From contig CBDCWC010000003.1 of assembly GCA_965223295.1 (NCBI GenBank), positions 1,879,552-1,943,551 on the forward strand: a stretch of DNA of 64,000 bases, written 5' to 3'. Positions 60,311 to 64,000 of this stretch are shown one piece after another. The notes under the pieces are model-generated. The model saw nothing but the letters and a program-made list of their open reading frames with translations. It had not been told where the DNA came from and did no database searches. The number at the start of each line of letters is the position of its first letter. Position 1 is the first letter of the stretch. Source of the stretch: Nitrospirales bacterium. Lineage in GTDB: Bacteria > Nitrospirota > Nitrospiria > Nitrospirales > UBA8639. The position numbers were made by a program, and so were the translations under genes.

Positions 60311-61063
60311 CTAGGACTCTGATCTTAATGGTCTGCAAACTATTGCAAGGTTCCGTTGTTTCTTTTGGGGCTTTGGTCCATTTATGGCTTGCTGGAAAAG
60401 CAACTTGATTTTTTTTAGAGCTGCCCATTTTCGTTTTCTTTCTTGTTTCTTTTGATGAAAGCTTGTGGTGAAGGAATCTACAATAGAAAATCCTTGCTGA
60501 ACAAGATACTGGCTAAGGCTTTGTTGTGACCAATTTCTGACATGTTGCCATCTGTGAAAAGTCTTTTCACAACAAGGGCAGAAAACCTGCGAATCTTCAA
60601 GGTGCTCTTCATTTGGTGTTGTGAAAATGCAGACACCATTAGGCTGAAGGATTTGCTTGATGATGTTCAAGCTTTGATTAAGTGGGGCATCATAGAGATG
60701 TTCTACTACTTCAATGACTAATATTGCATCAAATTTCTTGCCCTGTTTGGCCAATTGGTGAGGTTGAAAAGCTCCCAGAAAATTTTTTCGAGTATTAAAC
60801 TGATTAGTGACGATAGCTGTAGAATGTTCTGAAAAGTCTAACCCCCCAGCAAAATATCCATGGTCTAATAACTTTTTAAGCAGATTGCCTGTCCCACATC
60901 CGTAATCAAGTATAGTGTGAGAATTTTCTAGGTATGGGGCAATCTGTCTTAAGAGTTCATCGCCGTTATGGTTGGTAAAATATCTTTGTGGAAAGTTAGA
61001 TTCGTAGTCCCAAAACTTGGATATCAGTTCAGGAGTCCACTCAATTTCAGGATACGACTTCAT
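60311..61063 (-). CDS. Class I SAM-dependent methyltransferase
   Basis: ILDYGCGTG, GLDFS, EVVEHL, FTTPN. Confidence 0.9.
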   Translation of the reverse strand: MKSYPEIEWTPELISKFWDYESNFPQRYFTNHNGDELLRQIAPYLENSHTILDYGCGTGNLLKKLLDHGYFAGGLDFSEHSTAIVTNQFNTRKNFLGAFQPHQLAKQGKKFDAILVIEVVEHLYDAPLNQSLNIIKQILQPNGVCIFTTPNEEHLEDSQVFCPCCEKTFHRWQHVRNWSQQSLSQYLVQQGFSIVDSFTTSFHQKKQERKRKWAALKKIKLLFQQAINGPKPQKKQRNLAIVCRPLRSES

Positions 61064-61230
61064 TTTTTGGTTTAAGAAAAAAGGTGATTTTATTTATCCT
61101 GAAAAATCACCATAGCTCCTTAGCCTGTACGGTGAGATCATGAATTTTTTCGTTAATGGGATCACTGTAAATATAGCGTTGTGCGACCCTTCTGCTAGTT
61201 AAGTCGCGCATGAAAATCCATAAAATAGGT

Positions 61231-61989
61231 TTACTTTTTGATAATGATAATAAAGCCCTGGCCGGTTGGAGCATGAATTATTTTTCCCAACTTATTAAGA
61301 AACAAATCATTGCAAGCTTGAAATGCGTCAGGACAAGTTTTAAATCCATAATCCTCACAGACAATTATGCCACCTTTTTCAACTCGAGGATAGAAGAATT
61401 CAAGAGACTGGTTGATGGGTTTAAATCTACATCGATATGGACAAAAGAAAATTTCTGATCATCAATCTCCTTGAAACGATCTGGAATCCATCCTTTGAAG
61501 AATTTAACAAAGTTGAACTCTTGAAGCACTTGTCTCGTAGTTTCCTCAGACGTATTAGTGCTCCAAACTCCCAATGTTCCCCGTCCATCTTTCGGTTTGC
61601 GATAAACCTTCCCAGGAATCAAAAATGTGGTGTTGGCGGCCGCTTCCTTGTATTTTCTGGCAAGTAAAATAAGAGCTACATCCTTCATATGTCCCACATT
61701 TTACGGTATCGCCTGGGACAGCTTCGGTCAGTTGTAAAAGACTTCGCATAAAGAATTTTCGATCAGCGCTTTGATCATTCTTGCACATGCTTCTATATTT
61801 ATTCAAAAACTCTTGGTCTTCACGCCAATACATAAAATGTTCAGAGAAAATGTATTGAGGTGCCAATATTTTGGTTAATTTTTCAGCTAAGTTAAATGAA
61901 CGTTTTTCTCGATCAGGTGTATTGAATATGACGCTTTTTATATATTTTCGAACAATATAGCTCATCTTATCTTGCTTGCGTTGTTTCAT
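61231..61989 (-). pseudogene. TylF/MycF-type O-methyltransferase pseudogene (several frameshifts)
   Basis: Motifs split across frames: GDTVKCGTYEG/IFDSWEGL, KGWIP/VHIDVD, SLEFFYPRVEKGGIIVCEDYG. Confidence 0.8.
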
Positions 61990-62268
61990 GGTTGACACTT
62001 CAGTTTTATAGAAATATCAGTAGCATTAGATTAGCAAAGAAATGGGAAAGATGTCTGTGTTTGTCAGCTATTGTAGGGAAAGAATTGGGATTCTATGATA
62101 AGGGACGTATGAAACTAAATTGGGGTTCTCTATTTGATATTGGTTGAAACGTCCTCCTAATACGGGTGGCTTACTTTATAAGAATTGTGAAACTGTAGAA
62201 AGATTGGTGCTTCTGAATGGGGCACAGAAATTCGCAGATTCATACAACCTTAAATTTTCCCACCGAAT

Positions 62269-63471
62269 TTAAATCGCATCTTCTTTGTCATTATTTTGAG
62301 ATAGAACTTGTATGTACCTATTGGCAATGGTTTCTATTGAGAATGTTGCTGCACGTTGTATTAAAAAATCTGAATCAGGTGGGCTCTCGAGTATTGAAAG
62401 AATTCCATTGGCCAAGGCTTCGTCATCTCCAACTGGAACAAGTTTCCCGTATTCGCCATGAGACAAAAGTTCTGAAGGCCCACATGGACAGTCTGTGCTA
62501 ATGACAGGACAACCACAGGCAAGAGCTTCGAGCAGAACATTGGGAAAGCCTTCCCACTTCGAAGAAAGAACAAAAACGGCAGTATGGGCCATGTATTTAT
62601 AGGGGTTTGATACGAATCCGGGCATGCGAACCTCTTGGCTCAGACCAAGTTGTATTATCAGTTGTTCAAGCATCATTCGGTCAGTCCCTTCGCCTAAGAT
62701 CATGAGACGCACTGGGCGTTTGGTCATAACTCGAGCAACTGCTCGTAGAAGAGTTGGATAATCTTTTTGAGGCGTCAATCTTCCCGCAGCAAGAAGAACT
62801 GGAGGTTGGTTTGGTGTAAACCAGGGGTCGTTCAGTGGTTCGGATGCGTTTCCCTGCAATCCTTTCAAATCAATAGGGTTGTAGATCGTCGTAATTCGTT
62901 CTCTTGGTAAATTTGCCACCTTGGATAAATCTTCGGCTACTCCATCTGAGACCGCAATAATCTTATCTGCTCGTGGATACCATTCACGGGCTAAATTTGG
63001 GAGGTATTTTTCGAAAGGTCTGTTATATCTGGCTATTTTTTTTGAGATAGTATTAGCTTCTCTTATGACAATTCGGGTTTTTGTCTGTGCAAGCCATCCC
63101 GCACAGACGGCAATTAAATTAGATGGATCTAAGGTTGTGAGTAATACATCTGGAGATTCCGTTTTAAGAAAGTGAGTGAGGGTTGTAAGGCTTCTGATGA
63201 CTTTTGGCCGATTCTGCCAGAGCAATTCAAGGAAAATCTTCCTGGTAGAAGCGGGAAGACGGATAATATTGGGAAGAATCCGTAGTGGATGTTGAAAACC
63301 CGCCAGATGAATGTGTACTGATGCAGGGATTAAATCAATGAATGGACCCCGCATTCGGCTAACGACAAGATCGATTGTATGTCCGTTTTGGTCCAGGTAT
63401 TCTGCAAGGCGGAGGATGACCCTTTGCGCTCCCCCTCCATCTAAGTTGCTCAGGAAAAATGCGATACGCAT
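62269..63471 (-). CDS. Glycosyltransferase family 4
   Basis: GGAQRV, IYNPID, AGRLTPQKD, SKWEGFPNVLLEALACG. Confidence 0.93.
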   Translation of the reverse strand: MRIAFFLSNLDGGGAQRVILRLAEYLDQNGHTIDLVVSRMRGPFIDLIPASVHIHLAGFQHPLRILPNIIRLPASTRKIFLELLWQNRPKVIRSLTTLTHFLKTESPDVLLTTLDPSNLIAVCAGWLAQTKTRIVIREANTISKKIARYNRPFEKYLPNLAREWYPRADKIIAVSDGVAEDLSKVANLPRERITTIYNPIDLKGLQGNASEPLNDPWFTPNQPPVLLAAGRLTPQKDYPTLLRAVARVMTKRPVRLMILGEGTDRMMLEQLIIQLGLSQEVRMPGFVSNPYKYMAHTAVFVLSSKWEGFPNVLLEALACGCPVISTDCPCGPSELLSHGEYGKLVPVGDDEALANGILSILESPPDSDFLIQRAATFSIETIANRYIQVLSQNNDKEDAI

Positions 63472-63549
63472 TAGGGCGAAGAATAACAATACTCAAGTAT
63501 TTTGCTAGGTGAGTTTTGAGGGATAGGCGGATTCTGCAACGCCCATAGG

Positions 63550-64000
63550 CTAACGTTGTTCCCTATACCAAGATTGAAACATCAGCAAACTCCAGAGCAA
63601 AAAATCATGATTTTGCCAGCCCATTTGGTGTTGCTTCCAAATCCTATGAACAGCCTCTGGTCGAAAGAAACCTTGCTGGCGCAATGTGTTTTCATCAAGA
63701 AGGTCCTCAGCCCATTCTCGCAGTGAGGTCCTAAGCCAATCACTTAATGGTATGCCAAATCCCATTTTGGGGCGTTCGGTCAGTTCTGAAGGGAGGTAGC
63801 GTTCTAAAATTTTCTTCACTATACGCTTGCCACCCTCTTGGTTGAAGCGCATAGAGAGAGGGAGACTCCATGCAAAATCTACGACTCGGATATCAAGGAA
63901 GGGGCAACGAACTTCAAGACTGACAGCCATACTTGCCCGATCAACTTTTACCAAAATATCGTCTGTTAAATATCCTGCAAAGTTCCAGATATAACATACT
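63550..64000 (-). CDS. asnB: Asparagine synthase-like amidotransferase, C-terminal part (runs off the window)
   Basis: [46 protein letters not shown]. Confidence 0.88.
   Translation of the reverse strand, partial: VCYIWNFAGYLTDDILVKVDRASMAVSLEVRCPFLDIRVVDFAWSLPLSMRFNQEGGKRIVKKILERYLPSELTERPKMGFGIPLSDWLRTSLREWAEDLLDENTLRQQGFFRPEAVHRIWKQHQMGWQNHDFLLWSLLMFQSWYREQR

Overview
Bacterial chromosomal window, most likely from a Nitrospirota (Nitrospirales-like) genome; this is inferred from protein character, the divergent EF-Tu switch I region and the dispersed-repeat family. Bases 1-18.5 kb hold the fusA-tuf-S10-spc-alpha ribosomal superoperon, with tuf broken by a single-G deletion. Bases 18.7-35.3 kb hold lptCAB-rpoN, rapZ, pilMNOP, aroC-aroB, a GAF-GAF-ANTAR regulator and nadE-glnD. 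The nadE leader has three tandem ANTAR-type hexaloop hairpins overlapping an intrinsic terminator. Bases 37.7-57.7 kb form an iron-centred region with several Fur boxes. It contains two operons each led by a small Com-like zinc-ribbon protein, a porin/lipoprotein/FMN-binding/His-membrane-protein operon with a divergent apbE, a MauG-type dihaem enzyme, an Fe3+ ABC transporter with a His-rich periplasmic protein, and fur. Bases 58.6-64 kb are an AT-richer surface-polysaccharide locus. Seven copies of a ~190-bp MITE (5-bp target duplications, some with nested 22-34-nt inserts) and one copy of a second MITE occupy intergenic regions. All calls are by eye, with no database searches run.
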